Origin: Stegostoma tigrinum
Taxonomy: Eukaryota
Direction of reading: 5' to 3'
Assembly: GCF_030684315.1 (NCBI RefSeq)
Contig: NC_081361.1
Span: 41,337,045 to 41,401,044 of the forward strand
DNA: 64,000 nt
A model generated the notes under the pieces. That model had not been told where the DNA came from and searched no databases. It worked only from the letters and a program-made list of their open reading frames with translations. The position numbers and the translations under genes are program-made. Within the stretch, counting starts at the first letter, position 1. Each line of letters begins with the position of its first letter. Shown here piece by piece: positions 49,340 through 60,609 of the stretch.

Positions 49340-51650
49340 TGAAGATGGCAGAAGGTAGCCCCAAAATTTAGCGATTGATCCCTAGAGCTGCTCCTGCAGG
49401 TTGAGCATTGGGACATCCAATTTTCCATCCTGAGGCAATCAGCACACTGTCCATCATGGAGGTACAACTGGATGTGGTGTTGCAAGAAAATTAATGATCT
49501 TTTGCGGTCTGCCAGTGGTAAATTCACTGTCTACTAAATTCTTGCTTCTCCTTTGACTGCGTCCATTGTAAGCCTGCCATGGTATGGAAATGTCACACAT
49601 CCTTGGATAACATCATATGCCTCATGTCTAATCAATCTTTCTCACTTCATTACATCCACCTTTATTGGATCAAGAGTGATTCTTCATTTCACACATTTGC
49701 CATAGTTTACATGGCAAACAGAAAGAGATCTACAGCACTACCTCCTCAGGCGACATATTCCAGGCACTCACCACCCTTTGTGTGAAAAACATGCCTCACA
49801 CATCTCTTTTAAACTTCTCCCCTTGCACCTTGAACCTGTGTCCCCTAACAATTGACCCTTCCATCCTGGGAAAAAGCCTTATACTTCCCACTCTATCCAT
49901 GCCGTTCACAATCTTATAGACTTCAATCAGGTCGTCCCTCACCCTCTTGCATTCCACTGAAAACAACTCCAGTCTATCCAACCTTTCCTCATAGTTAAAA
50001 CCCCCTTTACCAGGCAACATCCTGGTAAACCTTTTCTGTACCATCTCCAAAGCATCCACATCCTTCTGGTAGTGTAGTGACTGGATGTACAATATTCCAA
50101 ATATGGCCTAAATAAAATTCTATAAAGTCGCAGCACAATTTATGTATCTTTACACTTAATGCCCCTTCCAATGAAGGCAAATATGCCATAAGCCTTTTTT
50201 ACTACCTTACCTACCTGCGCTGCACCTTCAGTGATCTGTGGACTTGCACACCCAGATAACTCTGCATATCAGTACTCCTGAGTATTCGCAATTCATTGTA
50301 TAATCTGCACCTGTACTTGACCTTCCAAAATGCATCACTTCACATTTGTCCAGATTAAACTCCATCTGCCATTTTTCTTTCCATGCCTCCAACTGATCTA
50401 TATCCTGCTGTATCCTTTGACAATCTTCCTCACTATCCATAACTCTCCCAATCTTTGTATTATCTGCAAACTAACTAATTAGATATTCTGCAGGAGAACG
50501 TGCACAACTGCAGAGATACATGAACCATGTGCCCTTACCACATTCGAGGAACAGGCTGCTGAGCTGGCAGAGAGCATGGCAACAGCCCTGTGCAGAAGGC
50601 AAGGTTGAATATGTCCAGCTGTTTAATGAGAAAAACTCAAAGGCATTTCTCATAACTGCACAAGAAGCATGTAACCTCTGGTAAGGGTGACAGCTTTGCA
50701 ACCATTATGTTTTCCCCTGTAATATCAAGATCGCAATCACAGATCCATGGAATACAAGGAAGAGCCCCATCCCCCTGACCTCTCCCTCCCAACCCCCATT
50801 CAGCACACCTCTAAGAAGAAACAGCCTGAACTCTCCGAGGAAGCACCGTCATGGTATTCCAAACCATTCTACACCATTGCAGATACTTCCCCCTTGGTGA
50901 ATAACATATCTAGAATAGGTTCAGTATAACATTCTGGTTAGCACAGAACTGGCATGGACCTTCGGCAATAAACAGTGAAAACAGCTGTGGTCTCTAACAC
51001 TCAAAGGGCCCTTGAGAAACAGTCGCTTACTGAGTCTAGTACAGATTCTTGACTTGGTTGTAAATGAACTGACGAGATGGAGGTAAGTCATGGAATAGCT
51101 GACAGAGGTGCCAGAGATCACACAGACTGAAGCAAGGGATGGAGGAGTCTGCCCATGTTCCCACTGATGGTGTGACTTTGGCAAGTGACTTGGCTCAGTA
51201 TGGACTAAGAGATGATAGCCATGGAGAGCCAAGTGCAGCAGGACAGTCAGTATCTGCCCAAAATGGGCTCAAGCCTTAACTCCATCACTCAAGCAAAAGG
51301 TGCTTTCATTTGCTGGCTTGGCAAGAAGTAATCAAAGGACCTCCATCTGTCCTGTTTGTTCATCAGACAGACTCCCAGGAATTGTCTTCTGAGAACATTT
51401 CAGAGTAGCCTGCCGTATCAACTCCACTCTGTCAGAGACTCAGTGCCTCCAGCAGCTCAGGCTGAAATTGCACCTATACCTCTGCAAGAGACCCTGCAGC
51501 AGGTTGAGGCTCTCTGCCCCATCCCACCAGATTACACCTACCAAAGTTGTCTGTGGCAAAGCAAGTCAGCAAGCTTTTACCAGCTCAGCTGAAATTGCTC
51601 ATGAAGCACCCAGACAGAGTGCTAGAAAGAAAAAGATTAAAGAATGTTGT
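49340..51650 (+). pseudogene. Decayed Myb/SANT-like ORF of probable PIF/Harbinger origin, split by the CR1 at 49735-50480
   Basis: Frameshifted remnants KVAPKFSD*SLELLLQ, CKKINDLLRSA and LTTFEEQAAELA resemble Harbinger ORF2/NAIF1-type Myb-SANT motifs. Confidence 0.5.
49735..50480 (-). mobile_element. CR1 LINE 3' fragment
   Basis: WQMEFNLDKCEVMHFG and ALEMVQKRFTRMLPG remnants. Confidence 0.87.
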
Positions 51651-52449
51651 GGTGCCCAATGTTTGTATATTATAGAAAATTGAAATGATCAGGGGCCAAT
51701 TGTACTACCTGCACTGTAACAGAAAGGTTAGATGATGGTAATACTGTTGATGTGGTATAAATGGATTTCTAGAAGGCATTTGAGACAATGCCACACAACA
51801 ATTTGTGAGGAAAGCCATTTAGAGACAGTGGCAATGTGAATACAAAATTAGCTGAGTGATAAGAAACAGACAGTAATGGTCAATGGATCGATTTTGAGCT
51901 GGAGGAAGGTTTGAAGAAGAGTTTTGATTGAAATTTTCAAAATCATGAACTGGCTGGAAGCAGTGAATAGTGAGAAGCATTTCCTGCTCATAAAAGGAAC
52001 AAGAACTAGGTGGTATAGATTTAAAGTGATTTGCAAAAGAAACAAGGGCGGTAAGAGAGAAAATGTTTTGACTCAGTGAGTAGTCAGGTTCTGGAATGTA
52101 TTGCCTAGAAGTGTGGGAGAAGCAGGTTCAGCCTTCAATAGGGCATTGGATGATTATTTGGATAGAAATAGTATGCAGGGGAATGGGGAACAAGCGGAAG
52201 ATTGGCACTAGACAATAATGCTCATTTAACAAGTCAGGGGAGGCATGATAGGCCAAATGTTCTTCTGAAGTGTAACACTTCTGTGATTCTTGAGCTGTGA
52301 AACCTAGCCTTGCAACTGCTGCCATTTGAGTGAGGTTTGCCAGCTACCTGCTTTGTTTGATGTGCACCTTGTTTGGAAAATGTCTGGTCTCCATCTACGG
52401 TGTGTATCACTTGTCAACCTATATCAGAAAGGAAAACTTTGTTTAAAAT

Positions 52450-53290
52450 ATAGGCCGTGACAACATTCTGACAGTACTACTGAAGAGGTGCACCAGAACT
52501 TGCTACACCCTAGCCAACTGTTCTGGTACAGCTACAATGTTGTCATCTACCCAACAATTGCCCAGGGATGTCCTGTATACAAAAAGCAGGACAAATCCAA
52601 CCAAGCCAATAACTGTCCCATCAGTCTATTCTCAATCATCAGTAAAGCAGCTTGGGTGTTACCATTGATCAGGAATTCAACTAGGCTCGCTATATAAACA
52701 CAGTAGCTACATGGGAAGGTCAGAGGCTAGGTTTACCACAACAAGTAACTCATCTCCTCACTCCCCAAAGACTGTCCACCATTTACAAAGCCCAATTCAA
52801 GAGTTTAATAGGATATTCCCATTTGCCTGGATGAGTGCAGATGCAACAGCACTCAAGAAGCTTGACAATATCCAGGTCAAAGCAGCTTGCTGATTGGCAC
52901 TGTGTCCACAAGCGTCCACTCCTACTATCAACACTCAGTTGCAGCAGTATGTACTATCTACAAGATGCACTGCAGAATTTCACCAAAGATCGTGAGACAG
53001 TACTTTCCAAATCTGTGACCACTTCTAGAAGGACAAAGGCAGCAGATAATGTGGAAACACTACACCAAACCTGTGAGTTGATCATCCTGACTTGGAAATA
53101 TATTGTCACTCCTTCACTATTACTGTGTCAAATTACTGGAATTCACTCCCTAAAAGTACTGTGGGACTACCTAAAGCATGTGGACTGCAGCAATTTAAGA
53201 AGGCAGCTCATTATTATCTTCTCAAGGAGTAACCAGGGATGGGCAATAAAATGTTGGTCAATCAACAATGCCCACATCTCACAAGATAAT
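52450..53290 (+). mobile_element. LINE 3' fragment (CR1/L2 group); related pieces at 1060-1590 (+) and 5055-5810 (-)
   Basis: PVYKKQDKSNQANNCPISLFSIISK and AWMSADATALKKLDNIQVKA remnants; tail GGATGGGCAATAAA. Confidence 0.7.
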
Positions 53291-53597
53291 AAAAAAGGCC
53301 CAGGGTGGCACTACTCTTGGCCGAATGAGTGCTTCATGGAAGCAGAAATTAAGGTAATCAATGCAAATTGGTCATCCACTTGTAAGTAAGGTAAATTGCA
53401 ATTTTGAATAATATAGAGTACTTTCTTGTTGCAGTGATCGCCTTCAAAGATTGAGTATTCTGTCCCAATTCTTGGTTACTTACATTCTCACTTTTTATCA
53501 CTATCATTGTTGCTTTTTGGTCCCTATGTCTTTCAAAGTTAATCCATGTGCAATACATATTACAAATCTAAGTCACTATTTTGTCTTGGCTTTGCAG

Positions 53598-53918
53598 AGA
53601 AGAAGAAATGTTACCATCTTTGTGAATATTTTGTATGTAATGTTTTCTGATGGAACATGGGAAGACAACCAGGAATATGAGGTGCAATGTGACCTCAAGA
53701 GAAAAGCTGCTTCATACAACGTTATTACAGACACAGAACAGTATCAGCTCCAACAGCAGGCTGTTAATCTTGAGGATTCCAACTCTGATGAGTTGAAGGT
53801 GGAAGATGGATCAGATCTTTCCAGAACGCAAGATAGTAGCGACATTGTCTTCATTGGTATTTGTGTTTTGGCTGGAATTCTCATGTTGATTGCTATCATA
53901 GGGCTGGTCCTTCTGTAA
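53598..53918 (+). CDS. CDCP2: CDCP2 last coding exon (rest of ZP-N-like domain, acidic linker, C-terminal hydrophobic segment)
   Basis: tgcag|AGA. Reads RRRNVTIFVNILYV...EYEVQCDLKRK...QDSSDIVFIGICVLAGILMLIAIIGLVLL*. The spliced CDS is 1620 nt (539 aa). Confidence 0.92.
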   Translation, partial: RRRNVTIFVNILYVMFSDGTWEDNQEYEVQCDLKRKAASYNVITDTEQYQLQQQAVNLEDSNSDELKVEDGSDLSRTQDSSDIVFIGICVLAGILMLIAIIGLVLL

Positions 53919-54854
53919 GGACATGAGATGATTGTATGTTTATGGTTGTAATGGTGTATTTATCAGTTTGAAAAAAATGGCTTTTTGGAGGGTGGCTGTA
54001 ATGTAATTTAATTTTTTAATGCCTTTTTAGCAAGAAACTCTCAGTGCAGTGGTAAGTCTCAGTTTCCGTGAAATGTTTGTTTTGTTCATTTTCCTATCAT
54101 AGGACAGTACAGAATTCAAAGACCAATCTGCCCATCAAGTTTGCTCTGCTTCTTTCAAAGCACAATCCATTTAGTCCCACTTCCCTGCAATTTCTTTTAA
54201 AGTATTTATCAAATTCCTTCCTGAAAGCTACTGTGTTCCGTCGTGTTACTAAGCTGTACAATTCCAAATTCAAAGTACTCATTTTGTTAATAAGAAGGTT
54301 TTTTCTCATATTGCCCTTGTTCTTTTAATCACCTTAAGTCTGTAAGCGCTGATTAATGTCATTTTCATGTTTGGAAACAGATTCCCTTTACTTGCTGTAT
54401 TTACTGTAATTTTCTGCACTGAATGTAGCCTCTCTTAAACAAACCTGACAAAGGAATATACATATCATAAAATAAGTTGCAGTGATGTTATTTGGAGAAG
54501 GTGCACTTTTTCAACAGCACTGTTCCCATTACAAACATGTGATGGTCATGTTCCCAATGAGACCAATATACTTATTAAGACCATGAGCTGGGAGTATAGA
54601 AACACAGAATTAAAATTGTAACATGGTCGCACTAAATTGCACAATAGATTTTTAAAAAATCAGATATTGTGTTTTAACGGTATTAAATTAATACTAGTGA
54701 AATAATTGTTCACACATTGATGGTGCTGACTAGATAATATCTCCTTTAAGCCACAGTACATGGTAACTTTATTATGCTTATATTTCTGTTTAACTCATGT
54801 AAAGTTAGCCAAGAACCTTTGGTAAGTCTTGTTACTGGTATTAACCAACTTGAA

Positions 54855-55062
54855 CAAAGAACCAAAAAAAACTGCAGATACTGAAAATCAAAAACAGAAG
54901 TTGCTGGAAAAACTTAGTGATCTGGCAGCATCTGTGGAGAGAAATCAGAGTTAATGTTTCAGGTCCAGTGACCTTTCTTCAGAACAGTTGTTTCTGTCCA
55001 CAGATGCTGCTAGACCTGCTGAGTTTTTCCAGCAATTTCTGTTTTTATTCTTAATTTTCTTC
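54855..55062 (-). mobile_element. Mini Penelope fold-back (family 2) with hammerhead at 54950-54985
   Basis: Minus strand GUU-CUGAAGA-A-AGGUC(ACUG)GACCU-GAAACAUU-AAC; inverted arm 54991-55047. ACYAACTTGAA is duplicated at 54844-54854 and 55063-55073. Confidence 0.8.
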
Positions 55063-56220
55063 ACTAACTTGAAAGTACCCTTGTGGCAGAAACTTATAAT
55101 CACAGTTCTGGTCCACAAATGCAAATAGTTTCTGACACAAGGACCACAAAATTCTTTTTTGGCTTTCATGACGCTGGATTTTTGTTTGAAATGCATTCTT
55201 AGCTTCTTAGTTTAACTCTTAATTTCTTACAAGTAAATCCCATCTTCAATGTCTCCACTGTATTGCTAAACAAGTCTTTAGTTGTTGACTATGATTCTCT
55301 AGATAAACATAGGCTAGCTTTCATAAAATTTGCAAACATGTTCAAAGCATAAAAGTACTCTCCCTGTCTGGTTCCTCTATGAAAAGGAACAGCAATTAAA
55401 AACACAGCCATTCTATAGCCAACAGGCAAGGATAGAAAGGAGAAATGACGTTGATTTCGCTAGCAATTAGTATGTTAAAGCATTTTTATGCAAACATGAA
55501 TAATATTAGAAATTAAGTTGATGGAGTTACTGCTCTAAGCATCATTAGAGAATTTAAATATTGAATATTTTTAAAATGTGGCTAAACATTGATGACTGAC
55601 AAGGAAAAAGAGATAAGCTTCACAGCACAATCAAGGGTAACAAAAGTAATGATTAGAACAGTTTAGAGAACAATGGGAAAGAAAATTAATGATAATTACA
55701 GAAGTAATGATAAACGTTTTTCAAGACTATGAAGGCCTTGGTGGGATTACTGAAAGACACTTCAGGACAGATTGGAGTGGAATTTCAGGCGTGGAAAAGA
55801 TGTTCAATGACTATTTTACATCAGTCCAAATTCCTCTAGATGTCCAACAACTAGATGTGACTTGCACTGTAAAATGAATATTGGTAGTTTTACAATAGAG
55901 AGGAAGATGTCTCAAAACAAAGCATCTTAAATAAATGATCTGAGCACTGATTTGTAATCACCTTGTCTTTACCTTTAACTGCTTGTTGAATTCTGGGATC
56001 ATACACTTAGTATGGAAAGTTGCTCATGTGGTCGTGGTGCTGATTTTCATACGGTGTAGTAAATCAAACTCAAGAAACGCCAGGCTCATTAACCTGGTAT
56101 GGATTAGAAATTATTTCCATTCACATAGGTGGAAAATTGTAGTTAATGTCTATAAATCTACTTGGAGGTTGTTATCAGTGGTGTCCTCCATGAATCACTT
56201 TTTAATATCTTTATGAATGT

Positions 56221-57026
56221 TGTTATTACCACGAGGGGAAAATGAACTGTTTTGCTTTAGTTCCACTATTCCACAGATCACAACATAATTGTTTTACCTG
56301 GGTCCCAACACAGTCCAGTTCCCTTCTGGAGTTTTAAAATAAAAAGATCCATCAACCAGGTTCCTTTGATGAGCACAAATTTATTTATTTGTTATAAACA
56401 AAATTGTTCAATGATGATGCAAAACTGGTTTAACAAATTTAATTTGGAATACGAAAATATAAATGTTTACCCCTCTAAGTAACCTAAATAAACACTCATG
56501 CCTACGCTGAATGAAGAGAAAATAAAAAAGGATCTCTCGCTGTAGTTTGGGGAGAAAACATTTTTGGTGAATTTGTTTTAGTCCTTGAAGGCAGAAAGAG
56601 GATAAGACATGGAATGTTCAGATGTGGCTGTCACGCTGACATTTTGGCATACAGAGATGAATGTCATTAAACACAAGCAGATGTCTAGGATCTTTGCTGA
56701 TACATCTTGTCCAGGAAACACAATACTGAGGATTCCATGAAGGTAATCCGTTTCAAACCAGACTAAGGGTCCAGTTACCACAATGGATGCAGAAGAGATT
56801 CTTCAAAATCAGGAGAAGTGGGCCAGGAATCTTCTTTTCTTTCCTCAGGTTGGCCACCAATTTGCAACCTGACAGTCATAAACCCAGGCAGCAGGTCTGC
56901 AGAATGTTTGTTTTAAAAGAAAAGTTCTAATGTCCTTTCACTGACCATTTTTTAAAAAAAAGCCAAGTATCCAGTATCATTTAAAATCAAGACCACAATA
57001 ATTATTAATATGAATTCACCATAACA
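56221..57026. mobile_element. Solo LTR (806 bp) inserted in an old CR1
   Basis: Inverted termini TGTTAT...ATAACA with an exact 4-bp TSD ATGT (56217-56220 and 57027-57030). Confidence 0.75.
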
Positions 57027-58351
57027 ATGTCTTCTGTGTAAATGTGCAAATTTTCATAAGGCCCACAATTTGTGGATGTCAGAATTCTACAGTAGAACAA
57101 ATTTATGAAAGTTGGGTGATTTAAACCAGAATCTGGCAAACATTCTTTAAAATAGTTAAACATGTATAGTGTAATTGATCAGTATAGAAACCAAGCGTGT
57201 TTTCACAATGCATGATTCCTAATTAAACTCAGTTATGATTGCTCATAACTCTCCAAATCATAATGGCAAGAGCTGAGAAAAAGTAACTGAAGCAAATGGA
57301 ACATTTGGTAGCCTAGATTGAATTATTTAATGTAAAACAACTTGTCCTCTCCTGTCTAAACCGTGTTTGGAATGCTGCAACCAGTTTTGATCACTTTAGT
57401 GGACTATCCAGAAGTTCTGGAAAATTCTGAAGAAGGCTATTACAACTATTTAATTTGAAAGATCAAAGCTATTCTGAAAGATTTGAAAAGGTTGGTCTCT
57501 TCCCTTTATAAATGTACAGGGGATATTTTGAATATAAACAATTATTATATTGTTTGATATTTTTCCTTCCTAGGGACTATTTCAACTAAATAAGTTGGGG
57601 AGGACCACCGGTCATGTATTAAAGTTATGAAAGTGTAGATGTAGGTTAGATACTAGATGGTTCCACCTCTCCCAGAGATGAGTTGACATAGAAACATAAG
57701 ACTTTTGAGTATCAGGCCCTTCAAGCTTTTTCCACCATTCGATAAGATCCTGGGCAGTTGTATGTGGTCTCAATGGGTCGCATCATAAAAGATAGATAAA
57801 ATGTCAAGCACTAATTGGCTAGATGGCCTCTTCCTTCTGTGCTGTAATAATTCTTAGGCTACGTGTCTGATTTATGTGATCTCGTGTGGGTCATCTAAGA
57901 GAAAATTTTCACACTTTTTTCCTGATTGTTCTTGGAAATCTTTTCCCTTTTTTCTTTCCCAGCAGATTATATGAGCACAAGCAGGGGCAAATATATGTTT
58001 GTGAGTGTATGGCTGTCTGTGCAATGCCTATGCTAATGCCAGAGTCTGAGTTGGCTCAATGGAGCTGTTGGTCTTTTCCATTCTGATAATTTAATATGTT
58101 TATGTGTTCACATTTGTCTGCAGTGCCCGGCTTTGGAAAAGTGCCAGATGACAATGCTACTGTTATTTTCATGAGTGCAAAGTAGGCGTGGGTTGCAGCA
58201 AAGCAATTATAATTTGAAGAGAAGGGGTCCACAGTCAGTGACATATTGACATTTGAGATAATGGGAACTGCAGATGCTGGAGATTCCAAGATAATAAAAT
58301 GTGAGGCTGGATGAACACAGCAGGCCAAGCAGCATCTCAGGAGCACAAAAG

Positions 58352-58383
58352 CTGACGTTTCGGGCCTAGACCCTTCATCAGAG
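58352..58383 (-). ncRNA. Minimal hammerhead ribozyme, mirror copy in the left arm
   Basis: Exact reverse complement of 60578-60609. Confidence 0.78.
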
Positions 58384-58605
58384 AGGGGGATGGGGGGAGG
58401 GAACTGGAATAAATAGGGAGAGAGGGGGAGGCGGACCGAAGATGGAGAGTAAAGAAGATAGGTGGAGAGGGTGTAGGTGGGGAGGTAGGGAGGGGATAGG
58501 TCAGTCCAGGGAAGACGGACAGGTCAAGGAGGTGGGATGAGGTTAGTAGGTAGCTGGGGGTGCGGCTTGGGGTGGGAGGAAGGGATGGGTGAGAGGAAGA
58601 ACCGG

Positions 58606-59598
58606 TTAGGGAGGCAGAGACAGGTTGGACTGGTTTTGGGATGCAGTGGGTGGGGGGGAAGAGCTGGGCTGGTTGTGTGGTGCAGTGGGGGGAGGGGATG
58701 AACTGGGCTGGTTTAGGGATGCAGTGGGGGAAGGGGAGATTTTGAAACTGGTGAAGTCCACATTGATACCATATGGCTGCAGGGTTCCCAGGCGGAATAT
58801 GAGTTGCTGTTCCTGCAACCTTCGGGTGGCATCATTGTGGCAGTGCAGGAGGCCCATGATGGACATGTCATCAAGAGAATGGGAGGGGGAGTGGAAATGG
58901 TTTGCGACTGGGAGGTGCAGTTGTTTGTTGCGAACTGAGCGGAGGTGTTCTGCAAAGCGGTCCCCAAGCCTCCGCTTGGTTTCCCCAATGTAGAGGAAGC
59001 CGCACCGGGTACAGTGGATGCAGTATACTACATTGGCAGATGTGCAGGTGAACCTCTGCTTAATGTGGAATGTCATCTTGGGGCCTGGGATGGGGGTGAG
59101 GGAGGAGGTGTGGGGACAAGTGTAGCATTTCCTGCGGTTGCAGGGGAAGGTGCCGGGTGTGGTGGGGTTGGAGGGCAGTGTGGAGCGAACAAGGGAGTCA
59201 CGGAGAGAGTGGTCTCTCTGGAAAGCAGACAGGGGTGGGGATGGAAAAATGTCTTGGGTGGTGGGGTCGGATTGTAAATGGCGGAAGTGTCGGAGGATAA
59301 TGCGTTGTATCCGGAGGTTGGTAGGGTGGTGTGTGAGAACGAGGGGGATCCTCTTGGGGCGGTTGTGGCGGGGGCGGGGTGTGAGGGATGTGTCGCGGGA
59401 AATGCGGGAGACGCGGTCAAGGGCATTCTCAATCACCGTGGGGGGGAAGTTGCGGTCCTTAAAGAACTTGGACATCTGGGATGTGCGGGAGTGGAATGTC
59501 TTATCGTGGGAGCAGATGCGGCGGAGGCGGAGGAATTGGGAATAGGGGATGGAATTTTTGCAGGAGGGTGGGTGGGAGGAGGTGTATTCTAGGTAGCT
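58606..59598 (-). CDS. Penelope-like element ORF fragment: RT thumb, Cx4Cx2C linker, GIY-YIG endonuclease (5'-truncated, uninterrupted frame)
   Basis: Open frame of 330 codons: SYLEYTSSHPPSCKNSIPYSQFLRLRRICS (PLE RT C-terminus) ... PCNRRKCYTCPH ... NVVYCIHCTRCGFLYIGETKRRLGDRFAEH ... VANHF ... RRLQEQQLIFRLGTLQPYGIN. The RT palm is missing. Confidence 0.88.
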   Translation of the reverse strand, partial: SYLEYTSSHPPSCKNSIPYSQFLRLRRICSHDKTFHSRTSQMSKFFKDRNFPPTVIENALDRVSRISRDTSLTPRPRHNRPKRIPLVLTHHPTNLRIQRIILRHFRHLQSDPTTQDIFPSPPLSAFQRDHSLRDSLVRSTLPSNPTTPGTFPCNRRKCYTCPHTSSLTPIPGPKMTFHIKQRFTCTSANVVYCIHCTRCGFLYIGETKRRLGDRFAEHLRSVRNKQLHLPVANHFHSPSHSLDDMSIMGLLHCHNDATRRLQEQQLIFRLGTLQPYGINVDFTSFKISPSPTASLNQPSSSPPPTAPHNQPSSSPPPTASQNQSNLSLPP

Positions 59599-59617
59599 CT
59601 AGGTACGCTAGGTAGCC

Positions 59618-60355
59618 CTCGTTCTCACACACCACCCTACCAACCTCCGGATACAACGCATTATCCTCCGACACTTCCGCCATTTACAATCCGACCCCAC
59701 CACCCAAGACATTTTTCCATCCCCACCCCTGTCTGCTTTCCGGAGAGACCACTCTCTCCGTGACTCCCTTGTTCGCTCCACACTGCCCTCCAACCCCACC
59801 ACACCCGGCACCTTCCCCTGCAACCGCAGGAAATGCTACACTTGTCCCCACACCTCCTCCCTCACCCCCATCCCAGGCCCCAAGATGACATTCCACATTA
59901 AGCAGAGGTTCACCTGCACATCTGCCAATGTGGTATACTGCATCCACTGTACCCGGTGCGGCTTTCTCTACATTGGGGAAACCAAGCGGAGGCTTGGGGA
60001 CCGCTTTGCAGAACACCTCCGCTCAGTTCGCAACAAACAACTGCACCTCCCAGTCGCAAACCATTTCCACTCCCCCTCCCATTCTCTTGATGACATGTCC
60101 ATCATGGGCCTCCTGCACTGCCACAATGATGCCACCCGAAGGTTGCAGGAACAGCAACTCATATTCCGCCTGGGAACCCTGCAGCCATATGGTATCAATG
60201 TGGACTTCACCAGTTTCAAAATCTCCCCTTCCCCCACTGCATCCCTAAACCAGCCCAGTTCATCCCCTCCCCCCACTGCACCACACAACCAGCCCAGCTC
60301 TTCCCCCCCACCCACTGCATCCCAAAACCAGTCCAACCTGTCTCTGCCTCCCTAA
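59618..60355 (+). CDS. Inverted duplicate of the Penelope linker + GIY-YIG endonuclease frame
   Basis: Reverse complement of 58606-59343; only 3 substitutions found by eye. Confidence 0.8.
   Translation, partial: LVLTHHPTNLRIQRIILRHFRHLQSDPTTQDIFPSPPLSAFRRDHSLRDSLVRSTLPSNPTTPGTFPCNRRKCYTCPHTSSLTPIPGPKMTFHIKQRFTCTSANVVYCIHCTRCGFLYIGETKRRLGDRFAEHLRSVRNKQLHLPVANHFHSPSHSLDDMSIMGLLHCHNDATRRLQEQQLIFRLGTLQPYGINVDFTSFKISPSPTASLNQPSSSPPPTAPHNQPSSSPPPTASQNQSNLSLPP
60226..60340 (+). repeat. About 39-bp tandem repeat x3 encoding Pro/Ser-rich units at the ORF C-terminus (mirror copy 58621-58735)
   Basis: PSPTASLNQPSSS / PPPTAPHNQPSSS / PPPTASQNQSN. Confidence 0.8.
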
Positions 60356-60577
60356 CCGGTTCTTCCTCTCACCCATCCCTTCCTCCCACCCCAAGCCGCA
60401 CCCCCAGCTACCTACTAACCTCATCCCACCTCCTTGACCTGTCCGTCTTCCCTGGACTGACCTATCCCCTCCCTACCTCCCCACCTACACCCTCTCCACC
60501 TATCTTCTTTACTCTCCATCTTCGGTCCGCCTCCCCCTCTCTCCCTATTTATTCCAGTTCCCTCCCCCCATCCCCCT

Positions 60578-60609
60578 CTCTGATGAAGGGTCTAGGCCCG
60601 AAACGTCAG
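60578..60609 (+). ncRNA. Minimal type I hammerhead ribozyme in the Penelope pLTR
   Basis: CU-CUGAUGA-A-GGGUC(UA)GGCCC-GAA-ACGU-C^AG. The catalytic core and stem II are intact, and a palindromic ACGU replaces helix III. Predicted cleavage is after C60607. Stem I has only about 2 Watson-Crick pairs in this copy. Confidence 0.78.

Noticed and set aside
58606-59598. Possible selenoprotein-encoding (Naiad-type) Penelope
   Set aside because: No in-frame TGA in the visible frame, and the conserved Cys positions use ordinary Cys codons.
58625-60336. Many overlapping 70-135-aa ORFs in alternative frames and strands of the Penelope element
   Set aside because: They are shadow ORFs of a GC-rich, strand-skewed coding sequence duplicated by the inversion; no motifs.
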